Translations under genes and position numbers: made by a program
Shown: in pieces, positions 53,290 through 64,000 of the stretch
How positions within the stretch are numbered: position 1 is the first letter of the stretch
How the letters are laid out: each line of letters opens with the position of its first letter
The notes under the pieces: model-generated
The model's input: the letters and a program-made list of their open reading frames with translations, nothing else
What the model was told of the DNA's origin: nothing
The model's database searches: none
Source: Octopus vulgaris
Taxonomy: Eukaryota
NCBI GenBank assembly: GCA_951406725.2
Contig: OX597816.1
Location: 145,700,001-145,764,000, forward strand
Length of the DNA: 64,000 nucleotides
Reading direction: 5' to 3'

Positions 53290-54270
53290 TTAGATAGCTC
53301 TATTTCCAGACCCCCTAAAAAAAGATCAATTGACGGATATAACGTTCTACAGTGAAATAGCCTCAAATACTGACCACCGCATCATGAAAACACTCCATTA
53401 TTTTATCTTAAAACATTATAACTCCCTCACTCTTAAGGAAAAGGACTATATTAACAATTTTGAGTTGAAATCAAGCAATTTCTATGGCTCACCTAAAATA
53501 CAAAAGTCAGAGGGAATACAAAATGATGTAAAAAAAAGTTAGTGAATACATAAAACTACTAAAACACCTTAAAGTAAGACCCATTATAGCTGGTCCAGCC
53601 TGTCCTACACATCATCTGAGCACTCTCATTGGCATTATTCTAACACCACTATGTAGTTACATACCCAGTTTCCTTCGAGATGACATCGATTTCCTGTCAT
53701 TTCTGCCCAAAACAACAGAATCCAATTCACCGTTAGGTTTTTACGTAACAAACTTATATACGAATACTCGACATGATTTAGGAATTACTGTCACTGTTCT
53801 TGGTATTTGCATCATCTACTATAGTATTGGGTCGAGAAACATAGAGAAGAGATCCCCAGTAGATTTATTGTAACCTTCGTACTTAGACGCGGTCAACCGC
53901 AGCCTCAAAAACAATACATTCCTTTTCAACGAAAAAATATACCTCCAAATTCGAGGCGCAGCTATGGACTCGTGATTTGCTGCGGTTTTTGCGAACTCAG
54001 TACTGGGATGCTTTGACAAAACCTATATAAAAAAAAAATTGAGCAGAACTCCGGCAAGACCGTTAGAAGACCTAACGAGGACACATGGAAAAGATATTGT
54101 CATGATTGTTTCCTAATTTGGACCAAATTTCTAGAAAATCTGAAAGAATTCAGCACCCTCCTCAACAATCTACCCCCTTGTCTCAAATTCACAAGAGAAG
54201 TGAGCAACACACAAGAACCATTTCTTGACATAATGGTAAGTAAAAACAAAATCACAATCACAGGTGGTAT
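53290..54270 (+). mobile_element. Penelope-like element reverse transcriptase, degraded
   Basis: FYGSPKIQKS, RPIIAGPACPTHHLS, IPSFLRDDIDFL, VTNLYTN, LKNNTFLFNEKIYLQIRGAAM, WKRYCHDCFLIW, LKFTRE, PFLDIMV. Confidence 0.92.
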
Positions 54271-54542
54271 TTATTAAAAGTTTTATGAATATTACAAATT
54301 TTTTTTTAATGTTTAACACACTTCAACATTGTAAATTCTTTATTTTAAATACAATAATAAAAATAAGAAAACTATGCCATATTGTAACTTTTTATTAAAT
54401 ACAATGATAAAAAAACGTGAATACCAGAACCATGTTGTAACTGTTATATGTGTGTGCGTATGTATGTATGTATGTATGAATGTATGTATATAGATAGGTA
54501 GGTAGGTGGGTAGGTAGGTAGGTAGGTAGGTAGGTATATATA

Positions 54543-54895
54543 TGGCACTCCGTCGGTTACGACTTAAACGAGAGTTCCAGTTGATCCGATCAATGGAGTA
54601 ATCTGCTTGTGAAATTAACATGCAAGTGGCTGATTCCTCCACAGACACGTGTACCCTCAGGGATATTCAGCGTAACACAGAATTTGACAAGCCAGCCATT
54701 TGAAATACAGGTACTAATAATTTTTGACAGCTGAGTGGACTGTTTAGGGGCGTGAGTTCAATTTCCTGCGACATGTCGTGTCCTTGAGCAATACACTTTA
54801 TATCACCTTGATCCAGTCCATTCAGCTGTCAAAAATGATTAGTACCTGTATTTCAAATGGCTGGCTTGTCAAATTCTGTTTCACGCTGAGGGATA
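54543..54895. mobile_element. SINE family E as a fold-back: inverted 3' part plus forward 5' part
   Basis: Forward head gtgagttcaatt...gtgtccttgagcaatacactt at 54750-54800; arms 54668-54742 and 54814-54889 are reverse complements. Confidence 0.8.
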
Positions 54896-55010
54896 TACAT
54901 ACATACATACATACATACATACATTCATACATACATACATACATACATACATACATACATACATACATACATACATACATACATACATACATGTATATAT
55001 ATATATATGT
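54896..55010. repeat. (TACA)n/(TA)n microsatellite
   Basis: Direct reading. Confidence 0.95.
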
Positions 55011-55191
55011 GTGATTGTTTGTGTGAGTGTAGATTTAATGCATTAATTTACGCAATTCGGTGAGACAAGTCAAGTGTAAGAGCTGACAAAATAACCAAGA
55101 TACACACTTATGACTTGGATATAGTTGTAGAAATATCTTCCCTCAATTAGTTCATCCACTTCGATGTAATTGATTTATTACCTTAAGTATA

Positions 55192-56353
55192 GCTGAAATC
55201 GAGGTACTTCTGACTTATATTGATGATGTGCACATGTATGTGAACACTTCTTTGCAACCTACACACACACACACACAGATAATCACTGACATACGAACAT
55301 ATATGTATATGTCTATGCATATACATACGTGCGTGTTTGAGTTTATCAGTGGCACGCAGACATACAAGCTCAGAAAGATACAAATGCATTATTATATATG
55401 ATTGCCTGCATGTGTGTGTGAATGTTTGTATATCACAACTCTTTAATTATGAAATACCGCTATGATTGAAGCACGGTTGAGTGATTCCACATATTGGGTC
55501 TTTTTATTTGTTTGCTGTAGTCATCTGAAAATATAAGTGATTTTTCCGAGAATTTTGAATGTGTCGGACTACATATTACTGCAATATTAATTCGCTAAAT
55601 AAACGAGATTGGAACAGCATCCATAAAAATTATATGTTTTAGGGTTCCATAATAAATTAGAGGATAACTGAATTTCTTCAAACACTGGAAAATCAACCTC
55701 AGTACTTGCACATATTGATGTAAACTCATGTCAGACAAGAACCAATCGATTATATTAAACTTGTGGGCGGAATAAATTGACGACTAAGATTGCAGTCCAG
55801 GCCGTACATCAAGCCTGCGAAATAAGAGATGCGATGTTTACAGTGACTGAGCTTAGGTTTTCGCGATCGGGGTTAGCTGGAAATAAGCTTCAACCTAAAA
55901 CATCCACAACAATATTCATGACTCAGTTTGGTTGTTATTTAATAGATGAGATATAATACTATATTTCAGTTGTTGGGTATGATTTCTTGAGTCAGCAATC
56001 CTAAATATTATCGGAGAAATTAATTACTCTTTCAACAAATGTAAGCCCTTTCTATTAAGCATTTAAAGACTCCTCCGTATAAAATCAACAGCGCATAACA
56101 ATAAAGTTCTAAGAAAATAGTGACTATAGAAAGAGCACAAAAATTACCAAGTGGCACTTTACACGATACAGATGTATATGCGTGTGTGTGTGCGTGCACG
56201 AGTGTGCGCGCGCGCACTCTTTACATTAAAACTGTAACGGCGTACTCGAGTTTCACCTGGTGTAATCACGATGATGGCTGAAATCGAGTTACTCCTGATT
56301 TATATTGATGATGTGCACGTGTGCTCACGCACATGTATGTGAACACTTGTTTG
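55192..56353. repeat. ~65-bp dispersed direct repeat (55192-55254 and 56277-56353)
   Basis: gctgaaatcgag.tact.ctga.ttatattgatgatgtgcac...atgtatgtgaacactt.tttg occurs twice; second copy has a short insertion. Confidence 0.85.
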
Positions 56354-56354
56354 T

Positions 56355-58700
56355 CAGGGAGAGACTGTGTTTTAAACTGTAGTATGACCAAGACACATTT
56401 GGAGAATCCCTTCTCATCTGCTTGATAGTATCAATGGTTAAAAGACTTCGCGTCGTTCATCAACTAAATATCTTACGGTAATTAACCTTGACCAACTCAG
56501 TATCACAAAAGAGGAATTGTATCCCTGCTGAAATTTCTTCAGACAGTGAATGTCTTTGTACATGTTACTATATTGCATGAAATATAGCAACATGTATGAT
56601 GCTATGAATCAATAGATGAGCATGTTATGGGTTTCTTTTGTAATCAGTTTTCCCCGAGCGAGTTTTAAAACTTTTGCTAGATATGCACTTAAAATACTGA
56701 ACTATCTGAAAATGAAATTAACTCTTCAGCAGAGAGTAAAGAATGTATTGCATAGAGATCCAACAAATAAATATCCTCTAAAATATATTGAATCATGTCC
56801 CATATTTAGAACGTAACCTAGCTATTCCAAATTTATTTGATACTAGATATCAAATGTGAGTATGTCAGGGAAGCTTAATGCATTTCATTCATTTCGAAAC
56901 GAATACGTTCATCGCAGAAATTTCTACAAGCTACTTGTTTGTCATTAAGACAGATCCTACTTTTTTTCTGTTTATAGAGAGTCGTAATGTGATTTGCACT
57001 ACTAATGCTAAATCGTCTTGCTCCGAACTTTCTTGAAATAACTGAAGAATATGTGCAGTTTTCTAAAGCAACAAAGATTTACTCAAGTTATACAAAACTT
57101 TCCTCTCCCAAATAATTCTCTGGCTTCACACCATTCTCTAGAAAGCTGTATCCCGCATATCAACCACTGACATTGGCACGAACTCCCATCCCATCTGGAA
57201 ATGATTTAATTATCGATACAAAGAACTTGAATAATCAGGGTTCCGTGTATTTTCCTCAGGCAAACCCTTTTCATTGCATAAAAAGCCTTACTTGAATCAA
57301 TCAAAACCCGGACGAGATACATATACTGCGCATAAGTCTTCTCCTGCATCTGTTTGCTGTGAAGATCTTATCCATTGTTCCTCTACATGAAAGAAGCGAC
57401 ATTGATATCCAGAGAGAGGTGTAATTTACAAGGCTTATATTCAGTCAAGTAAAAACGATACCAGCCAGCAGCTGACAGTAGAGTAATACCTCTACGGTTG
57501 TCACTTATTCTGACGCCATTTCCATTATAAGTATGAAAGATACTTGCATCCTTCCGGTCCTCGGGACCTACACCATCACTGAATTCTACAATAACAAGCT
57601 TGCAAAACTTCTATGGCCACCGTCAAAGCACATGACGTCAGCGCAAATTCGGTCTTTAGCATTTACTTTACCAAGATTCAACTTGCTTACTCGTCCATTG
57701 AGGATGCAGTGTCCACAGATTTGATGACAAGTCTTTGTTGAATAGCATGAATTACATCATCATCTACAACTGACTCACGGTTTAGAAATTCGCAAAAAAT
57801 GTTCAATCCAGCGACCTACGATTTCTGTAGATATATTGAGTAGGGTGCTGCCATTTTAGAAAGCAAACGACCCGATTCAAAATTCATAGGCCCATAAACT
57901 TGCTTCTAAAAATTGTAAAGTTGCTTGCTGTCAATTTCATCATTAGCAACTTGAATATCACGTACAAGACATGCCCAGCAGGTTTTTCTGCATCTTCTTG
58001 AGTGAGATTTTATATTTTTATAAAATCTAACTCCTAGATTCTGCTGCACTTTAATCAGACCTCGGGTGAATCCACACTGTTGTATGATAATATTTGTTCA
58101 TAATATATGTGATTGTAATTTAAAACCATTTTCATCGTAAAGCTCTAGAGGCATAAGATAATGACTGTTCATCTTCTCTACAATGAAACGCCCGAGATAC
58201 TTCCATGGTTGTAAATTTGTTACAGCTCTGGCAATGAAATTCCCCAGTAAATTTACTTCTTCTGATTTGGAGATTTTCGTGAGTGCAGCTCAAATCTGGG
58301 CATAGAATATTATTCCAGTTTCATTGGAAGTGGTCAGAGTATGGGTATAGGCATTTATCGGAGTAGCATTTCTCAAGTGCAGACGCAGACTCATCAAAGT
58401 TCATCTACAGGTACAGGAATCCTCTCCAACAGCTTGAAGATATCGGATGAAAACCAACGTCAGCTCTATGTGCTCTTCCTTTGATTTTCCACTGCAGAGA
58501 AAGGTAACCACATCCGACAACCTGAAGCAGATCATCACCTTCCAAACGAATCTCTGAGATCAGCTATATCTATGTTATATTTTTTTAGTTCCCGAGCAAC
58601 AATTTTCACGCATATATTCACTCTTATCTAATTGAGTACGCAGATTCCATCACAAAATATTAATCGTGCATCCAGATTTTATAAACACTTTTCTTCTATT
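56355..58700 (-). mobile_element. Near full-length ancient RTE-clade LINE (APE plus RT)
   Basis: Minus strand in order: WNLRT, RELKKYNIDIADL, LLGNFIAR, KDASIFHTYNGNG..SDNRRGITLLSAAG, RGTMDKIFTA.QMQEK, IDSSKAF, NGVKP, LGH..; typical RTE/BovB-like motifs, not visible in the ORF track. Confidence 0.85.
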
Positions 58701-59471
58701 CCGGGAGCAAATTGCGTATCTGTGGATCACGCTAAACTGACCAAATAGAAAAATGCTGGTAATTTATAGGTCAACTTTTCTAGAGCCTCCCCGATCTCCG
58801 GTCGAGCAGTGTTCTCCATAAATGCAGATGCTCAAGCATCCACGCATCAACCAAATCCCATAGCTGCCTTGGAAATGGCCACCTATGTGTAGATCGCTGG
58901 CTAGATGTTCCGAACACGTCTTGCCTGCATGCTTTGCCACCTTCCCATCACTGCAGGATTTTCGAGTATATAATTTTTTTTTTAAATAAAAAATGGCTGT
59001 ATATTTATTAAGCAGCAATACTTATGCAATATATTCAGCAATGCTTGAGCGAAATTTTAGGTCCAATAAGGTTTGTACCAAACCACAGGGAAACTTTCCA
59101 CAATAAATATATGAATCAGAGAAGAACCGGTGCAATATATGTAGTGCGATTATGGGTCGCAGACTTAAGAATGTGGGAGTGCAATGATCTCAAGCGCAAG
59201 AAAAAAAAAAGAACAGATCCGGAAAATGTCCAACGCTATTCTCTGTATATCAGAGAATCCTTCTCCTATAGAGATGCTCTAACAAAAGTTGAGTGATGCC
59301 TCAACCAGTAGTCTTTAGCATGTCAAACGCCAACCAACACAAAATTTCTGGGTGCTTGTGCTATTGCTAATTATTACCGACATATTTAAATATGAAGCGG
59401 TAATTAATATGCTTAAGAATAGTATATAGCATAGGTTTCCATACTACATATAGGTATTTTCCTGGCTGCAA

Positions 59472-59787
59472 ATTATTATTTTATTATTATTTTTCCTTCT
59501 CAAGCCATGCCTGGTTCATAGGGCTGATTTCCCAGTTTCCTTGGCGTATAGGTTCCCCACCTGGACGGGATGCCGGTCCGTCGCAGGTGTGCTGCGAGAT
59601 GCAGGAGGAAAGAGTGAGAGAAAGTTGTGGCGAAAGAGTCAGTAGAAGTTCGCCATTACCTTCTGACGGAGTCGCGTGGAGCTTAGGGGCTTCGCTCATA
59701 ACACACACATCGCCCGGTCAGAGATTCGAACCCGCGATCCCTCGACCGCGAGTTCGCTGCCACAACCACTGGGCTATGTACTTCCAC
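59472..59787 (-). mobile_element. tRNA-derived SINE (family B head, different 3' half)
   Basis: Minus strand tagcccagtggttgtggcagc...gggttcgaatc; shares ctttctctcactctttc.tcctg with 1147-1515, then ctgcgacggaccggcatcccgtccagg and a (TAA)-like tail. Confidence 0.85.
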
Positions 59788-60369
59788 AGCTGCAAATTAG
59801 ATGGTTCGAAAACATTTGTCGTAGAATATCGAAATCCTAAAACGTATAAAAATAAGGATTGCTGCATACCGAAAATTAAATATGCAAGGTTTCCATAAAA
59901 TGAAATATAATCTTAATAACTTTGTTTAGCATAGCAACATCATCAGAATACCTCCAAGTCATGAAAGATGTGCATGACTACATTGCATAATATTCCATTC
60001 CAAAGAAATCTTTAAAGATGAATAGCCCTTGAAATTCGTAGAAAACTACAGTACGAATTTTGTTGTTGATATGAATTCTTAAGTGTTTTGTAAAATAAGA
60101 ATGATTACAACGACAACGCAATGCGTAGGGATTCATTCACGGATTAGAAGATTCACACGCAACCACTGAAATGTGCACTCCCTCCAGGATACCCACAACC
60201 ACAATGAACAGCTTCGCTTTTATTTTTGAATGAAATGAAATTTAACATGCAAGTTTGTCTAGTACATAGATTACAAGACCGAATATCTATCTGGGATTCA
60301 TTATATAATGCTCTTATTTCCTTTTCGTCTACACATCATCATCGTCGTTGTCCTTGTCGGTATCATCTC

Positions 60370-60552
60370 CCTAGCTTTTACTTCATTTAGAACTGCTTTG
60401 TCTATGTATAATACATCATGTGTTCCTCTAGCCTTCTTCCTGCAACCTTTGTTTTTCGGGTAGTAAATTCTGGTTGTCAAGGTGGTCGTAAATACTTCCT
60501 GAAAGCATTCCTGTTAACATCTTCCACTTTAATGTTAAGCAAGTGTTTGGTT
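60370..60552 (-). mobile_element. R4/Dong-clade RT N-terminal fragment
   Basis: PNTCLTLKWKMLTGMLSGSIYDHLDNQNLLPEKQ.GCRKKARGTHDVLYIDKAVLNEVK. Confidence 0.8.
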
Positions 60553-60603
60553 GATAGTAGCTAGTTGTATTATCTATATTTTTCAATGAATAATCATGTA
60601 GAT

Positions 60604-61014
60604 TACTCTTTTACTCCTTTACTTGTTTCAGTCATTTGACTGCGGCCATGCTGGAGCACCGCCTTTAGTCGAGCAAATCGACCCCGGGACCTATTCTTTG
60701 TAAGCCCAGTAATTATTCTATCGGTCTCTTTGGCCGAACCGCTAAGTGACGGGGACGTAAACACACCAGCATCGGTTGTCAAGCAATGCTAGGGAGACAA
60801 ACACAGACACACAAACATACACACACATATATATATATATATACATATGTACGACAGGCTTCTTTCAGTTTCCGTCTACCAAATCCACTCACAAGGCATA
60901 GGTCGGCCCGAGGTTATAACAGAAGACACTTGCCCAAGATGCCACGCAGTGGGACTGAACCCGGAACCATGTGGTTGGTTAGCAAGCTACTTACCACACA
61001 GCCAATCCTGCGCC
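60604..61014 (-). mobile_element. Full-length SINE family C
   Basis: Reverse complement of 6516-6925 including the internal microsatellite. Confidence 0.9.
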
Positions 61015-61272
61015 TATTACATAAGTATTTCTTAAATACATTATATACTTATCTTTCCGAAGATATATTATGAAATCAATTGTTATCTTGACCACCAACT
61101 AACGCTCCTTTATTACATCCTTCACAGTTTCTTCACAACTTTCACCGACCCTTTTATTTTTTCTATTTTCATTTTCTCTATTTCTTCATCTAATTATCTC
61201 TTTCTGTTTTAAATTTGACCTATCTATTCTTTCTAATTATACACATCTCTCTTCTCTCCAGAAAGTCAGAAA

Positions 61273-61273
<1 letters not shown>

Positions 61274-61331
<58 letters not shown>

Positions 61332-61332
61332 T
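61274..61332. repeat. (TTA)n microsatellite
   Basis: Perfect tta run. Confidence 0.97.
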
Positions 61333-61399
61333 ACATTTATTTATTCGTCTTTTTGTAGGCTGTAAATTTACATTTTTCCATCTTAATATGGAGAAATTA

Positions 61400-62810
61400 A
61401 TGGTTGCCTTCTTTCCTTCGCTTGTTGAGTATTTCTTATGATCTTCGTTATGATCTTCGACATTTTGGCCGTTACGTAAATCATTTGTATTTTCCTTAGT
61501 TCTATTATTATAGAAATCATTAAATTTTTTATTATTTGTTGCAGATATAATTTGTGCAATATTTTTTAAAACACAGAACCTCGCCCTTAATCTGTGTGAC
61601 CATATTATTTTGGGATATTTGTTTTACTTTGAATAGTGTTTGGCTACTGCTTTGTTAAAATAATTATACTATATTGGTTTTAATTTGTTTTGCAAATGGC
61701 ATTATGAACCGTACTCTATTATCTTCATTATAATTCCTTTTAGAGTAATTTTTCTGGAGGTTAATTACTTTTATACATTGGGTGTAACGTTTTACAGAAT
61801 TGCTATGCATATTACTGTGAAGGCTCTCAATTACCACCGTTTTATTTGTTATCCTATTTAGGTTTTTATTTAAATAATCACAATTTTCGTTATTATAGTG
61901 TTTTGTTTTTGGCCTTCTTTCTAATATATTATCTTTACATTTTATTAGTTCCTCATTGTTTTATCATTGCTATTTGGTTTTTGGTATATTTATGCCTTCT
62001 ATTTGTTTCTTAGTGTTTAATCATATATTATTCTCATCTATTTTGCATCGAATTCCATTTGTAATTATTTTTTCATTATGTTTATTTTCCTCTATTTTAA
62101 TTCTATTATTATGAATATCGTTTTGTGCATAGTTCACATTATTAGAATTTACGTTTGTTTCATACTATTTAAATTTTTACTTGTATCTCCTTTCATGCGT
62201 ATAGTTCCTATTATTAGTTATCATTTGGCCCATAGTATTTTAATTTTTGATTATATCCTACTTTATTTAGTGTTATTTTATAATAGATCTCATTCTGTTA
62301 AAAAATTACCTCATTCATCGAGAGATTCAAAATCCTTTTTGAGATATTTCAAACTAGTCTATGTGCAATCGTTACTGTTTATGTTTACGTAACTTAGGCT
62401 GGCATTCGGCTTATCGTAGGGTTAATATATCCGTTTCTAGAATGTCGTTAATGTCCAAGAAGTGATGTAGTTGTGTTCATTTTCGATAGTTATGAAAAGT
62501 CCTATGTTCTTGAAGAATTTATAAAATCTTTCTTATATATTTCCAATCTCCATGGCATATATAATTCCACTTTCTCTTTTCATTATGTTGGATGTTACGT
62601 GACCAGGGGTAATATACATAATAAGTTCATTCTAAATATTACTAATTGATGCGTTATTGTATAAAAATGATTCATGTTCGTAAGTTGTTAGCTTATTCTT
62701 ACTTGGGTATGACTGCAACACAACGCGGGTATAAAGGTGAAGTATATCAACACTGGGTCGGAAATATCTGGTAAGTTATGTTGTATTAAAGTTTACTGTC
62801 GTATGTATGT
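61400..62810 (-). mobile_element. Second-lineage Penelope-like element (RT C-terminus, thumb, linker), degraded
   Basis: Minus strand: KFFKNIGLFITIEN, FLDI, PYDKPNASLSYVNINSN, VRFIMPF.K..KTNI, KNIAQIISA; matches the PLE PY.KPN....Y....SNH and WFNPPF...KTN motifs. Confidence 0.7.
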
Positions 62811-62952
62811 CTTTATCTTTTATTCTTCACTTGTTTTGATCATCAGGCTGCGCCCAAGATGGGTCGTCACTTTGAAGAAGTGTTTTAGCCGAATGGATCA
62901 GCCCTAGTTCTTATATATATATGGGTGTATGTGTTTGCATATGTGTGCTTGC

Positions 62953-62997
<45 letters not shown>

Positions 62998-62999
<2 letters not shown>

Positions 63000-63554
63000 A
63001 ATAAATGTTTTTATATATAAAGAACGTGAAATACAGGAAGGGACGAACACGGAACACAGACAAATCATTCGAAGCCTTCAATCTTCAGTCAGACACCGAA
63101 TCAGCATAGCAAATTTCGGCTGTTCAATTCTGATATTTGCTCCAACTCGGCCAGCCCCAAGAAAAAAACTAAGCTGTAAGCATTAGATTTCTTGGTAGAA
63201 GACAGGAATGTGAACGCACGAGACGGATGTAAATACAAGAGACGAAAACGAAATTGAAAACAGTAATGGATAAACAAAATATAACGATGGTTGTCTTACG
63301 ACTTTAGACCAAATGAGACAAAAACAACAACAACATAGCGTTTCGGTAGAGGGGACACATGTTGGTCGAGATACGATCGCCAACAGAATGGTTAAGAAGC
63401 AGCAGGTTGCAGGAGAGAGAGAGAGAGAAAGAGAGACAGAGAGAGAGGGAATCAAAGAGGGTGGAAGGCAGGGGACAGAATCAGTGACCAAGAGAAAAGG
63501 AGAAAGAAGGGATTAAGGAGGATGGGAGGAAGAGGGGAAGAATCGGAGGGCGCC

Positions 63555-63563
<9 letters not shown>
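62998..63563 (-). mobile_element. Repeat family A copy flanked on both sides by (TA)n
   Basis: tcattcgaagcc..tcttcagtc, aatttcggctg, tgctccaa, ccccaag..aaaactaagct..agcattagatt shared with 5071-6098; GA-rich end. Confidence 0.75.
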
Positions 63564-63620
<57 letters not shown>

Positions 63621-63655
63621 GTGTGTTTGTATATATACATACATAATAATACGTG

Positions 63656-63687
<32 letters not shown>

Positions 63688-64000
63688 GCGGTTTCCGTCG
63701 TTAGACTGCTGCAAGGCTGAAAAAAGACCTTTCTTGCTAAATAAATCATACCATGTACACATTTCTTCTTTATCGTCTCTAATTGATCTCGCTTTAAGTC
63801 ACTGCTTATACCTTGAAACTCTATGAATGGGACCTCCTTAGCTAATATACAAAAGTAAAAGCTCAAATAAATAAACAAACACATACATGTCTTCATACTT
63901 ACATAAATACACATATATAGATACATATAGGAATGTATATATACGTATATACATACATACATACTATGTATATGTATATTACTATTATACTACATACATA

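Noticed and set aside
55216-55230. YIDDV reverse-transcriptase motif in the direct repeat
   Set aside because: No flanking RT motifs in frame; likely coincidence.
1-64000. Host protein-coding gene among the listed ORFs
   Set aside because: ORFs are translated microsatellites (YI, HT, CV, poly-I/L/N) or transposon fragments; no recognisable host domain or coherent exon chain.

Overview
AT-rich (roughly one-third GC by eye), microsatellite-dense eukaryotic DNA that reads as an intergenic or intronic transposon graveyard. The SINE repertoire and repeat content point to a coleoid cephalopod (Octopus-like), which is an inference. I find no intact host protein-coding gene, rRNA, tRNA or CRISPR array. 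Almost all ORFs in the track are translated microsatellites or transposon fragments. Recognisable remnants: at least four tRNA-derived SINE families; non-LTR retrotransposons of the Tx1/L1, RTE, CR1/L2, R4/Dong and HERO types; Penelope-like elements (two RT lineages plus a GIY-YIG domain); and DNA transposons (Chapaev3, a palindromic mariner derivative, a DD37D/maT-like Tc1-mariner, a hAT MITE). The most interesting unexplained structures are (i) a ~0.6 kb non-coding repeat family, four copies beside (TA)n tracts, that conserves a hammerhead-ribozyme-like CUGANGA..GAA core, (ii) several fold-back inversions, including a 139-bp near-perfect inverted repeat, and (iii) ORF1-only LINE derivatives. 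All assignments come from manual motif reading, not database searches.
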